Positions 18,235 through 26,559 of a DNA stretch of 32,000 nucleotides are shown in pieces (within the stretch, counting starts at the first letter, position 1; every line of letters begins with the position of its first letter). The translations under genes and the position numbers were made by a program. The notes below the pieces were generated by a model. It ran no database searches. It was given only the letters and a program-made list of their open reading frames with translations, and was not told the DNA's origin. Source of the DNA: Alkanindiges illinoisensis DSM 15370 (lineage in GTDB: Bacteria; Pseudomonadota; Gammaproteobacteria; Pseudomonadales; Moraxellaceae); contig NZ_JHUX01000007.1 in NCBI RefSeq assembly GCF_000619845.1, forward strand, positions 1-32,000. Reading direction: 5' to 3'.

Positions 18235-18402
18235 GCAGGTGAATCCTGATTATTGTTGCTGTGAAAATGAGCGAATTTTTATCAAAAACAATATAAAAAC
18301 AGCTGGCCCGCTTTGACCTGAACGCATTATTGCCCATGCGTGCGCAGGCATTATCATCATTTTGATGAACACTGTCACATTTTAACGCTAAATATGACGG
18401 TT

Positions 18403-19710
18403 CTACATCGGAATATTTTCAACCAGCGCCCGGATTATTCCCAGAATCAGGCCAATGAATGCGCCCACCACCACGCCATTCACCCGGATCATGTGCAAAT
18501 CGCCACCCACTTCGCTTTCAATCTTGGCAATCATTTCGCGTGAATCCCATTCATGGATGCGCTGGCTAATATAGCGGATGACCTTGTCGGCATAATCGGT
18601 ACTAAAGGTTACTGCCAGTTTTTCAATTTCGCGGTTAAGCACCTGACGCACGTCCTGACTGGTTGTAATGTTTTTGCCCAGCCGGATAATGGCAGTTTTC
18701 AGGTTATGCGCAATGGCGGACTGCTCACTTTGCAAGTCGCCCTTAATGGCATCGCGTAAGATGACAATTGCCCCGGTTAAAAAGTTCACCACCGCCGGGC
18801 TGTCCAGCAGGGCATTCTTGGTGCTGTTGAGCTGTTGCGCAGCGGGTGATTCCGGGTCACGCAAGGCCAGCATCAGCTGTTGTGATTGCTGTTCCAGCCC
18901 AACGCGCAACGGATGTTCCGGGTTTTCCAGAATTTGCTCTACCTTTTGCATAAAGGCATTAATGATGCGGCGCTGTACGTCAATGCCTATCAGGCCAGCA
19001 CCCCATGCCAGTGTGCCCACACCCAGCTCGTTAAACATGCGGCTGGCCAGTGCCCGGGCTTTTTCCGGATTGTTTTTTACCCAGACATGGGCCGTATCCA
19101 GCCCGCGTTGCAGCACATCCTCATGGAAGTCATTTTCCAGTACTGCACGGATCAGCTCGCTACTAAGGTGATGCATGTCGGTATTTTTGGCCCATTGCAC
19201 GATATTTTTTTGCATGAACTCGCTAATGGTGTCCTGCCCAAAGAAATCCAGAATGCGCGGGGCAGTTTGCTGGAACAAATCGGTGATTTGCTGGGCATTG
19301 GCCGACTGGGCAAGCCAGTTACCCGCCATTAAAGTGACATCGGTACGTTGCAGCGACTGACGCACAATGTCCGGCGACAAAAAGTTTTCCTGCACAAAAC
19401 GGCCCATGGATTCAGCAATGCGGGCCTTGTTGCGCGGAATGATCTCGGTGTGTTCACGCAGCAGGCGCGGCAGCGGCATCTTGCCAAACGGATTGCGGAA
19501 CAGCACGGTAATGGCATACCAATCGGCAAGCCCACCCACCACACCAGCTTCAGCAGCCAGCATGAGAATATGCAGCAGCCAGGCATAGTCCGGCAAAAAC
19601 TTCACCAGAATCAGCAAAATAATCCAGCAGCTTGCAGCAATGATCAGGGCCATCTGGGCCAGTGCACGGCTGCGGGCAAGCTGGGGAACGGCATGGCTGG
19701 TTTCGGTCAT
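18403..19710 (-). CDS. DUF445 family membrane protein (paralog 2, YjiN-like)
   Basis: 435 aa. GGLADWYAITVLFRNPFG...IIPRNK, a helical middle region, and a C-terminal LHMIRVNGVVVGAFIGL. This is a DUF445 signature and architecture. Confidence 0.7.
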   Translation of the reverse strand: MTETSHAVPQLARSRALAQMALIIAASCWIILLILVKFLPDYAWLLHILMLAAEAGVVGGLADWYAITVLFRNPFGKMPLPRLLREHTEIIPRNKARIAESMGRFVQENFLSPDIVRQSLQRTDVTLMAGNWLAQSANAQQITDLFQQTAPRILDFFGQDTISEFMQKNIVQWAKNTDMHHLSSELIRAVLENDFHEDVLQRGLDTAHVWVKNNPEKARALASRMFNELGVGTLAWGAGLIGIDVQRRIINAFMQKVEQILENPEHPLRVGLEQQSQQLMLALRDPESPAAQQLNSTKNALLDSPAVVNFLTGAIVILRDAIKGDLQSEQSAIAHNLKTAIIRLGKNITTSQDVRQVLNREIEKLAVTFSTDYADKVIRYISQRIHEWDSREMIAKIESEVGGDLHMIRVNGVVVGAFIGLILGIIRALVENIPM

Positions 19711-19832
19711 GGCAAGGCTTCACCGCAAAAATTCTGGAGTGTTGATTTTAGTTATAGAGGAACATAGTTTCCTTGGCAATATGCAAATTCTTTTTAGAAT
19801 AATTGGTCAGATAATAACGCTTATAGGCAGGA

Positions 19833-20186
19833 TCAAGCAGTCATTATTAGAGAGGCCGCACGCCACTGGCCATTTTCAAGCTGCCATTTTTCTTCAATGC
19901 TGATTTGAATGGACATTGAATAAACTATTCCTGTCACATGGTATTCTGTAGCACTGAGTTGATAAAATTGCAGGTCTTTTTCCAGTAAGCGTTCTGGTTG
20001 CCATTTGCTCTGTTTAACTAAATTTTTAATCTGCTGATAACGCAGATCGTTGTTAGTCATGTGATTGTTTTCCTGAACAAAAAACTCATCAGTTTCCAGC
20101 ATCTCAAGCAATGCATGGTTGCCTGAATAATACGCTTCAATCCATTGATTCCGGGTATTTTTAAGTGTCTGCATGATTGTGCTCAT
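19833..20186 (-). CDS. Small NTF2-like / DUF4440-like protein (hypothetical)
   Basis: 117 aa ORF, visibly AT-richer than its neighbours. The pattern W.EAY..G....L..L...EF....N is reminiscent of SnoaL/DUF4440 folds. There is no clear RBS. It lies 74 nt downstream of phoR. Confidence 0.4.
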   Translation of the reverse strand: MSTIMQTLKNTRNQWIEAYYSGNHALLEMLETDEFFVQENNHMTNNDLRYQQIKNLVKQSKWQPERLLEKDLQFYQLSATEYHVTGIVYSMSIQISIEEKWQLENGQWRAASLIMTA

Positions 20187-20260
20187 TATTTTAATATCAA
20201 AAATTATAGACAGGATTAAATCACTTGCCTATACAAGATTTACGTTGTTAATGATCAGTT

Positions 20261-21631
20261 TTATTCCACCAGCCGGGACTGGGCAAATACTGCTTTAAAG
20301 ATGGTGCCCTGACCGATTTTAGACTGGATATCCAGATAGCCTTCATGTTGCGCCAGTACGTGCTTGACAATTGCCAGCCCCAGTCCTGTGCCACCAGAAT
20401 CACGGCTGCGCGCACTATCCACCCGGTAAAAGCGTTCGGTGAGGCGTGGAATATGATAGGCCTCAATACCAATGCCGTTGTCTTCTACATAAAAATAGCC
20501 ATGTTCCTGATCTGACGACCAGCCAATATGAATGACGCCGCCCTTGGGGGTGTATTTAATAGCATTGGTAATCAGGTTGCTAAAGGCACTGGCAATTTCC
20601 AGCTTTGATCCCAGCAGGTTGCAATGGCTTTCAATATGCAGATTCAGGGTATGGCCATAGTCGCTGTTATAGGCTTGCGCATCATCAAACAATTCATTGA
20701 GCAGGGATGCCATGTGGATTACCTGATCCTTGTTGGTCAGTTCCTCATTTTCCAGACGTGACAGCAGTAGCAAGTCATTAACCAAGGCATTCATGCGCCG
20801 GGTTTGCTGCTGCATTTGCTTGAAGGCGCGTTGCCAGCGTGCACTGACATCCTGCTGCTCACCGAGCATTTCCAGATAGCCACTAATCACCGTTAATGGC
20901 GTGCGCAGCTCATGCGACACATTGGCCACAAAGTCCTTGCGCATTTGTTCCAGCCGGTGCAAATGGGTAATGTCATAGGCCAGCAGCAAGAATTCATGGT
21001 CACCGAATGGGGTCACTTCACACTGGATAAAATGCTGCGGTTTTACCCAGGAATCCAGCTTGATTCCATTCGGATAGTCATGCAGGTTTTCAAAATAATG
21101 GGCAAATTCCGGGTCCCGGATAATATTGAGTACCGGACGCTGCACATCCACGGCTTTTAAGCCCAATACTTGTTCGGCAGCCGGATTCCACCATTCCAGA
21201 TGCTGCTTGCTGTCAATCAGTACCACAGCATCCTGTAATGCAGAGATCGAGGTTTGTGCGCGGGCAATGGTATTGATCAGCTCGGTCTTGGCCTGCTTTT
21301 CCTGACGCTGGTAGCGATACAGCAAATACAGGATTTCGCCCAGCACACCAGACAGCTCGGGCGGGTTTTGCTCGGGCTGAAAACGGATCCAGTAATAAAT
21401 CTGGTAAAACGCGCGAAACTGCAAACCAATAAACAGCACCAGTGCAATCACCAGACAGGGCCACAGCGCATGGCTCAGCAAGCCAATCACGGCAGCAATA
21501 ATAAGCAGAACCAGACACAGCCGCAGGTCTTTCACCAGATCACGCCAGATGGGCAGGGTGTTAAGGGGAAGACGTTGCGGTGGCAGGTTTTTCAGGTTAA
21601 AACGCTTGAAGTTAAGGCTTTTAAGATTCAT
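20261..21631 (-). CDS. phoR: Phosphate regulon sensor histidine kinase
   Basis: Two N-terminal TM helices, a PAS-like segment, an H-box FVANVSHELRTPLTVI, and N/G1/G2 boxes (NAIKYT, DNGIGI, GGTGLGLAIV). It lies immediately downstream of phoB. Confidence 0.9.
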   Translation of the reverse strand: MNLKSLNFKRFNLKNLPPQRLPLNTLPIWRDLVKDLRLCLVLLIIAAVIGLLSHALWPCLVIALVLFIGLQFRAFYQIYYWIRFQPEQNPPELSGVLGEILYLLYRYQRQEKQAKTELINTIARAQTSISALQDAVVLIDSKQHLEWWNPAAEQVLGLKAVDVQRPVLNIIRDPEFAHYFENLHDYPNGIKLDSWVKPQHFIQCEVTPFGDHEFLLLAYDITHLHRLEQMRKDFVANVSHELRTPLTVISGYLEMLGEQQDVSARWQRAFKQMQQQTRRMNALVNDLLLLSRLENEELTNKDQVIHMASLLNELFDDAQAYNSDYGHTLNLHIESHCNLLGSKLEIASAFSNLITNAIKYTPKGGVIHIGWSSDQEHGYFYVEDNGIGIEAYHIPRLTERFYRVDSARSRDSGGTGLGLAIVKHVLAQHEGYLDIQSKIGQGTIFKAVFAQSRLVE

Positions 21632-21698
21632 GCAGGATGTGTTCTGGCCCTAGGGTATTCGCTTGCTTATGCAAGGTATTATAAAGATCTATAGCCTA

Positions 21699-22406
21699 TC
21701 AGGTGTATTGATCGGTACGGGTGGAAAAACGGTAGCCTGTACCGCGCACGGTTTGCACAAAACGCTCTACGCCATACGGTTCCAGAATCTTGCGCAGGCG
21801 ACGGATATGCACATCAATGGTACGGTCTTCAATATACACATTGCCGCCCCACACCTGATCCAAGAGTTGCGCACGGGTATAGGCCCGTTCCGGATGGGTC
21901 ATAAAAAATGCCAGCAGCCGGTATTCGGTAGGGCCAATATCAATGATTTTGTCCTGATAGCTTACACGCTGACTGACCGGGTCCAGCAGTAAATCTTCGG
22001 CTTCAATCAATTTTTCATTGTTCAGTGCATTGCTGCGGCGCAATACGGCCTTGATGCGTGATACCAGCTCGCGGGTGGAAAACGGCTTGGTCATGTAATC
22101 ATCGGCACCGGCATCCAGACCCTGCACCTTGTGGTCTTCCTCGCCCCGTGCAGTCAGCATGATCACTGGAATTTCGGCCAGTGTTTCATCGCGCTTAAGG
22201 CGGCGGCACAAATCCACGCCACTGGTGCCGCCGGGCAGCATCCAGTCCAGCAGGATAATGCAGGGACGCTGGTCTACAATCATCTGGTGTGCCTGTTTGG
22301 CATCACCGGCCTGCTGACAGCTAAAGTCAGACATTTCCAGTGCGGTGTGAATCATCTCGCGGATTGGTGATTCATCATCCACGATTAAAATATAATCATC
22401 TTTCAT
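21699..22406 (-). CDS. phoB: Phosphate regulon response regulator (OmpR family)
   Basis: Receiver domain (ILIVDDE...DWMLPG...MLTA) plus a winged-helix domain (RTIDVHIRRLRK, VRGTGYRF). The start is set at the ATG at 22406 (MKDDYILIVDDE). The 21-codon 5' extension in the ORF track is unlikely. Confidence 0.93.
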   Translation of the reverse strand: MKDDYILIVDDESPIREMIHTALEMSDFSCQQAGDAKQAHQMIVDQRPCIILLDWMLPGGTSGVDLCRRLKRDETLAEIPVIMLTARGEEDHKVQGLDAGADDYMTKPFSTRELVSRIKAVLRRSNALNNEKLIEAEDLLLDPVSQRVSYQDKIIDIGPTEYRLLAFFMTHPERAYTRAQLLDQVWGGNVYIEDRTIDVHIRRLRKILEPYGVERFVQTVRGTGYRFSTRTDQYT

Positions 22407-22527
22407 TGTTATGCCCTTATTGGAACCACCTGTGTTCGATTCCGCTATGCTAATTTTGCTATGGATCATGCAGCGATTAATAAAGCCACCTGATGGGTTC
22501 AGGGTTTAGGCTTGTGATATGACAGTC

Positions 22528-22563
22528 CTATTACAAAGGCAAAAGATGACAGTTTTATTGCAA
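22528..22563 (-). promoter_or_regulatory. Pho-box promoter of phoBR
   Basis: The minus strand reads TTGCAAT-AAAA-CTGTCAT (22563-22546), then 12 nt, then TAATAG (22533-22528). This is the same layout as the E. coli phoB promoter, where the Pho box replaces the -35 element. Confidence 0.5.
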
Positions 22564-22648
22564 AAATCCCCATTTGCCTGAAATAAGCCATTTTTTAGCA
22601 AAATAAAGCACAGGTATACGCCAATCCCGCAGGGCAATATGGCTCGAA

Positions 22649-23467
22649 TTACTCCTGCGGTTCCTTTTCCATCCACTGCAATATGGACAAATAGGCCACT
22701 TGACAGGCTGCCAGTACCTGCGGCAGTGGCTCACGAAAGCCACCAATCACCCAGCGCATGGCAATGTGGGTGACAAAACCATTTAAGCCAGTAGACAATA
22801 GCGACAGGTCAGCCTTGGGCACTGGTTTCTTGGGAAACATCAGCATCATAAAAGCCTGAATCATGCGATCAAAGCGGGATACAGCTTCACTAATGGTGTT
22901 GCCATGCATTTCATGCACTAAAATCGCATCAATAAACAGGATACGGGCCATGCGTGGATCATCCTGCAGAGACTTGAACATGGCGGTTAAGCCTGCCTCA
23001 ATCATCAGGCGTGCTTCAGCCTTGCTTTGCATCACCGCTGCCAGAATATTTTGCTGCAGCTGTTCAATCAGGCGCAAATAAATGGTCTTAAATAACTCTT
23101 CACTGCGCTTGAATGACTCATAAAAGTAGCGTTCGGTCAGCTTGGCCTCATTGCAGACATCACGCACGGTCACCGAAAAAAAGCCTTGTGTACCATACAC
23201 CTGCAAGCCTGCTTCAATCAGCTTTTCACGCCGCTCATTCTGGCGCTGCTCCAGACTCAGGCCCTTAAAACTGCGGCGCTTGCTCACACTGCGGCTGCCG
23301 GGTTTTTTGCTGGCCGGCTTTGCTGGCGTGCCTTTATCTTGATCATCGGGCACAGTGTCTGGCTGATCCGTTGTATCGGATTGGGCTAGTGGCATGGGAG
23401 GCAGGGTGTTTTCCGTAACAGGCACAACAGGTGAAGTGCCTTGCGGTTTGGATTGATCATCAGTCAT
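22649..23467 (-). CDS. TetR/AcrR family transcriptional regulator with a long low-complexity N-terminal extension
   Basis: The HTH region is REKLIEAGLQVYGTQGFFSVTVRDVCNEAKLTERYFYESFKRSEELF. It is preceded by about 90 aa rich in P/T/D/K/S. The start is uncertain: 23467 is preferred, and 23395 and 23551 are alternatives. Confidence 0.8.
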   Translation of the reverse strand: MTDDQSKPQGTSPVVPVTENTLPPMPLAQSDTTDQPDTVPDDQDKGTPAKPASKKPGSRSVSKRRSFKGLSLEQRQNERREKLIEAGLQVYGTQGFFSVTVRDVCNEAKLTERYFYESFKRSEELFKTIYLRLIEQLQQNILAAVMQSKAEARLMIEAGLTAMFKSLQDDPRMARILFIDAILVHEMHGNTISEAVSRFDRMIQAFMMLMFPKKPVPKADLSLLSTGLNGFVTHIAMRWVIGGFREPLPQVLAACQVAYLSILQWMEKEPQE

Positions 23468-23679
23468 TGTCTTGGTGCTGGTCTCTGGCAACACGAGGTT
23501 GAATAGGCAATTCAGCATGCCATATTCTGCCCGGACTGTCATCTTTCTCAATAAATGCCAGATTTTGTGTGAAAGTACGCCGCTTAAAAAGCATTAAGAA
23601 AATACTTTTAGCAGAAAAATTAAGACAGCTATGCACATATAACGCTACAGTTAAACGTCTTTAGCCATGCATCCATATG

Positions 23680-23728
23680 CAAAAGCCGCAATTCCCTTGA
23701 AATACCCGAAGATCAGGTGGGAATTGCG
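23680..23728 (-). terminator. Terminator-like hairpin after the HDO gene
   Basis: Perfect 10 bp stem cgcaattccc/gggaattgcg (23687-23696 / 23719-23728) with a 22 nt loop. On the minus strand it is followed by GCTTTTG. Confidence 0.55.
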
Positions 23729-23776
23729 ACCAAGTCATTGACCCTGTCAGGCTTAAACTATTCAGGCTAAAACCAG

Positions 23777-25246
23777 TCAGGATTGAACCGGCAAATTGGC
23801 TTCCTGATTAAGCAGACCAACAAACTGCCGGGTGGCCCATAAGCCCACCACACTGGTGTGTAATGATGGCGCAAGGTATGGGATTAACAGGTAAAACGCC
23901 TGTTCAGAGTTATCGCGTTCTACCAGTTTTTGCGCGAGATCGGCCAGATCAGCATTTTTACTGTTGAGCGCCTGCTGAATAGTCAGGGTTTGTGATGGCG
24001 CAATCTCGACATGGCGATGCACTGCCCGATAACGGCGAATGCGTGGCGCCTCAGGGCTGTTAAGCCAGTCACCAGCAATCCAGTCATAGATAATTTGTTG
24101 TTCGGCATTGCTAAATACACCAAACATGACTGCTTTTTCACCATGAATCAGGTGCCAGAAGCGGCTGTTTTCCGGATTTTCATGGCGCTTGATCCAGCCT
24201 GCTTCTTCCAGTACGTCAATAAAGCGGCCCATGTCATCGCTGTTGGACAGCCATTCATTAATCGAATGGCCTGCCAGACGGCAATAATTACCATGGGCAA
24301 ACTGGCCAACTACTGCCTTATGTTTGAATACATCGGTAATGGCTTCTTTAAGATCAATTCTCTGAATGATTTGTTCAGTGCCCATGCCCAGATTATTAAG
24401 CATATAACCGCGTCGGATGCGCTGATAAAACTCGTCGCGTTCCTTAAATAACGGCAGCATGGCATACACGGCTTCAACCGCCTGCTGGGCATGGCCATTG
24501 TGCGCATTATCTACAGTCACATGCAGGCTAAAATAATAAGGGTCAATGCCCAGTTCATCCAGCTCATAAGTGGTAATCAGCAAATGCAGTGGCATTTGTT
24601 CATAACCCAGATTAAAGCCAATCACTTCCGGCATAAAATCCTGACCCAGCAAACCCAGCGCCAGCTGAATGCAGCCCTGATGATAATATTCATCCGGCAA
24701 ATTTGTAGCCAGTGGAATACCTTCTTTTGACATCAGTTGCTGATAGAGCAATACATGGTTCTGGGCGGATAGGCCATTGCCCAGCTCATCCAGATAGGTG
24801 CGAATTAACTGGTGGCAATTGATGTCATGCCAGGATTGCAAGGTGCCGTATAGCCATGAACCATCCACGCGCTTAGTGGGTTCAACATGCTGTAAAAACA
24901 GTAAGGCTTCGCTCTTGTTGGCAAAATAGCGACGTGGCGCGCCCTGCTTGCGGGATTTTAAATATTGCTGGTAGGCATAGCCGGTACGCTCGGTATGCTG
25001 CTGCATCCATTGTGGTAAATCTTCCGGGTTTTCCGGCAGGTCACAATGCTGTTTGGCCACCCAGCCCAGTTGCTGCTGCAAAAAGGCCTTGGCCTGACGA
25101 ATGGTGGACGCCCCGGGATAAGCCTGTAAAAAATTCTGATAAAACTGACGATAGGTTTGAGGTTGTGCTGCATCTGCCTGTGGCACGTTGCCGGGCAACT
25201 TCCCCAAAAAGAAATGATTCAAAATATTCTTTTGCAAAGCTAGCAT
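23777..25246 (-). CDS. Heme-oxygenase-like diiron oxidase/oxygenase (HDO; iron-containing redox enzyme family), long form
   Basis: 489 aa from the ATG at 25246 (RBS aggaac). The motifs are PTKRVDGSWLYG; DE154LGNGLSAQNH164 (E-x9-H); GYE216Q; and SLH242VTVD246NAH249 (H-x3-D-x2-H). Together these give a 3-His/3-carboxylate set spaced as in CADD/SznF-type HDOs. No cupin domain or other recognisable extra domain is present. Confidence 0.75.
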   Translation of the reverse strand: MLALQKNILNHFFLGKLPGNVPQADAAQPQTYRQFYQNFLQAYPGASTIRQAKAFLQQQLGWVAKQHCDLPENPEDLPQWMQQHTERTGYAYQQYLKSRKQGAPRRYFANKSEALLFLQHVEPTKRVDGSWLYGTLQSWHDINCHQLIRTYLDELGNGLSAQNHVLLYQQLMSKEGIPLATNLPDEYYHQGCIQLALGLLGQDFMPEVIGFNLGYEQMPLHLLITTYELDELGIDPYYFSLHVTVDNAHNGHAQQAVEAVYAMLPLFKERDEFYQRIRRGYMLNNLGMGTEQIIQRIDLKEAITDVFKHKAVVGQFAHGNYCRLAGHSINEWLSNSDDMGRFIDVLEEAGWIKRHENPENSRFWHLIHGEKAVMFGVFSNAEQQIIYDWIAGDWLNSPEAPRIRRYRAVHRHVEIAPSQTLTIQQALNSKNADLADLAQKLVERDNSEQAFYLLIPYLAPSLHTSVVGLWATRQFVGLLNQEANLPVQS

Positions 25247-25425
25247 CTTGTTGTTCCTACTACAATTCCTGAACATGATTACAGCTTTATTTTTAAAAAT
25301 AGGGTGTAAAGTTTTGTGGTACAGACTCAGCAATATCAGTGTTGCTGTTACGTTTAATACCCGGCAGTTTGATCGTGCTTAACGGTTTCCCTTTTAAAAA
25401 TCATGCCTTAACAGGAAAAAAGCAG

Positions 25426-26397
25426 ATGAACCAGATGCAGGCCTTACAACATAGTGTCACGGGACTACAACAGGATGTAAGGCAATTTTTACACTGGCTA
25501 CAAAGCCAGGATTATCAGTTCACCACCATTAGCCCCACCAGTCATACTGCCTATCTTAAACGCAGTGGCAAAACTCAGGCAGCCAATTTAACTGATGTTT
25601 TTGGCTGGTCGTTGCCATTTAAATCCAGCCTGCTGCCAGATTTTATTTTTAGATTATTGCTCAATAACCAATTGCTTACCCAAAAGCAAAATTTATGGTG
25701 CAGCCAGATTCGGGTGTCCAGCCTGAATAGTCATTTGCTGGTGCATTCCGCCTATCCCACGGCAGAGGAAAATGCGGTGTTTTTTGGGCCAGACACCTAT
25801 CGTTTTATTTATGCCCTGCAACATCACCTCAACCAGCATCGGCCTGCCATTACACGGGCTATTGAGCTATGTAGCGGAGCAGCACCTGCCACCATCAGTC
25901 TGGCCCATTATGCCCCCAAAGCCGAGATTTTTGCGGCTGATATTAACCCGCTGGCGCTGACCTATGGCGCGATTAACAGCAGTTTGAACGGCGCCGAACA
26001 GGTACAGGCCGTGCATAGCAATTTGTTGCAGCAGGTAGAGGGACAGTTTGACCTGATTACCGCCAATCCGCCTTATCTGGTAGATCGGCACCAGCGTTTG
26101 TACCGGCATGGCGGTGAGTTGCTGGGTGCTGAACTGGCGCTAAATATTGTGAAGCAATCTCTGCCACGGCTTAGCTTGCATGGCACCTTGCTGCTTTACA
26201 CTGGGGTAGTGATTGCGCATGGCAAGGATTTGTTGCAACAGGCTGTGCAGCAGCATCTGGCAGGGTTTGGCTCGAAATTTTCCTTTAATTATCAGCTCAT
26301 TGATCCCGATATTTTTGCTGACGAACTCAATGAACAGGATTATCCGGGTGCGGAACGAATTGCAGCCGTGGTTCTGACCATTAGCCGCAATACCTGA
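25426..26397 (+). CDS. Class I SAM-dependent N-methyltransferase with NPPY motif (HemK/PrmC/RsmC-like MTS fold)
   Basis: 323 aa from the ATG at 25426 (RBS agga). Motif I-like AIELCSGAAP, an acidic post-I residue in IFAADIN, and motif IV DLITANPPY. About 140 aa at the N-terminus form a domain of unknown function. It is transcribed divergently from the HDO gene. Confidence 0.8.
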   Translation: MNQMQALQHSVTGLQQDVRQFLHWLQSQDYQFTTISPTSHTAYLKRSGKTQAANLTDVFGWSLPFKSSLLPDFIFRLLLNNQLLTQKQNLWCSQIRVSSLNSHLLVHSAYPTAEENAVFFGPDTYRFIYALQHHLNQHRPAITRAIELCSGAAPATISLAHYAPKAEIFAADINPLALTYGAINSSLNGAEQVQAVHSNLLQQVEGQFDLITANPPYLVDRHQRLYRHGGELLGAELALNIVKQSLPRLSLHGTLLLYTGVVIAHGKDLLQQAVQQHLAGFGSKFSFNYQLIDPDIFADELNEQDYPGAERIAAVVLTISRNT

Positions 26398-26559
26398 GCA
26401 GTCTAAATTGCCTGAAAAACAGTCTAAAAACCAGCCTGCTTTATAGCAAGCCTTGTCCATGCAGGGCTGACTGCTAAAACTGATGGCGGCATGACTGGTT
26501 TTGAAAATTTCTGCCATCGACAGCCCGCAGTAATCTATTACCCTTGCAGATCATTGGCG

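Noticed and set aside
23499-23515. TTGAATAGGCAATTCAG upstream of the first TetR gene, vaguely resembling the centre (CAATAGGTATTG) of the GACAATA-N2-TATTGTC operator
   Set aside because: Only about 8 of 12 central positions match, and the arms form just a 5 bp inverted repeat (TGAAT/ATTCA). This is too weak to link this TetR to the operator.
23536-23546. Second copy of the 11-mer CTGTCATCTTT (also present in the phoB Pho box), upstream of the TetR gene
   Set aside because: It is a single heptamer with no partner repeat at 11 bp spacing, and it is oriented opposite to the TetR gene. A lone half-site is not enough to call a Pho box.
26399-26469. Direct repeat cagtctaaa x2 (21 bp apart) and a bulged hairpin cagcctgc/gcagggctg after the methyltransferase stop
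   Set aside because: The repeats are short and within chance expectation. The hairpin lacks a U-run and has a 21 nt loop. It could be a weak terminator but is not convincing.
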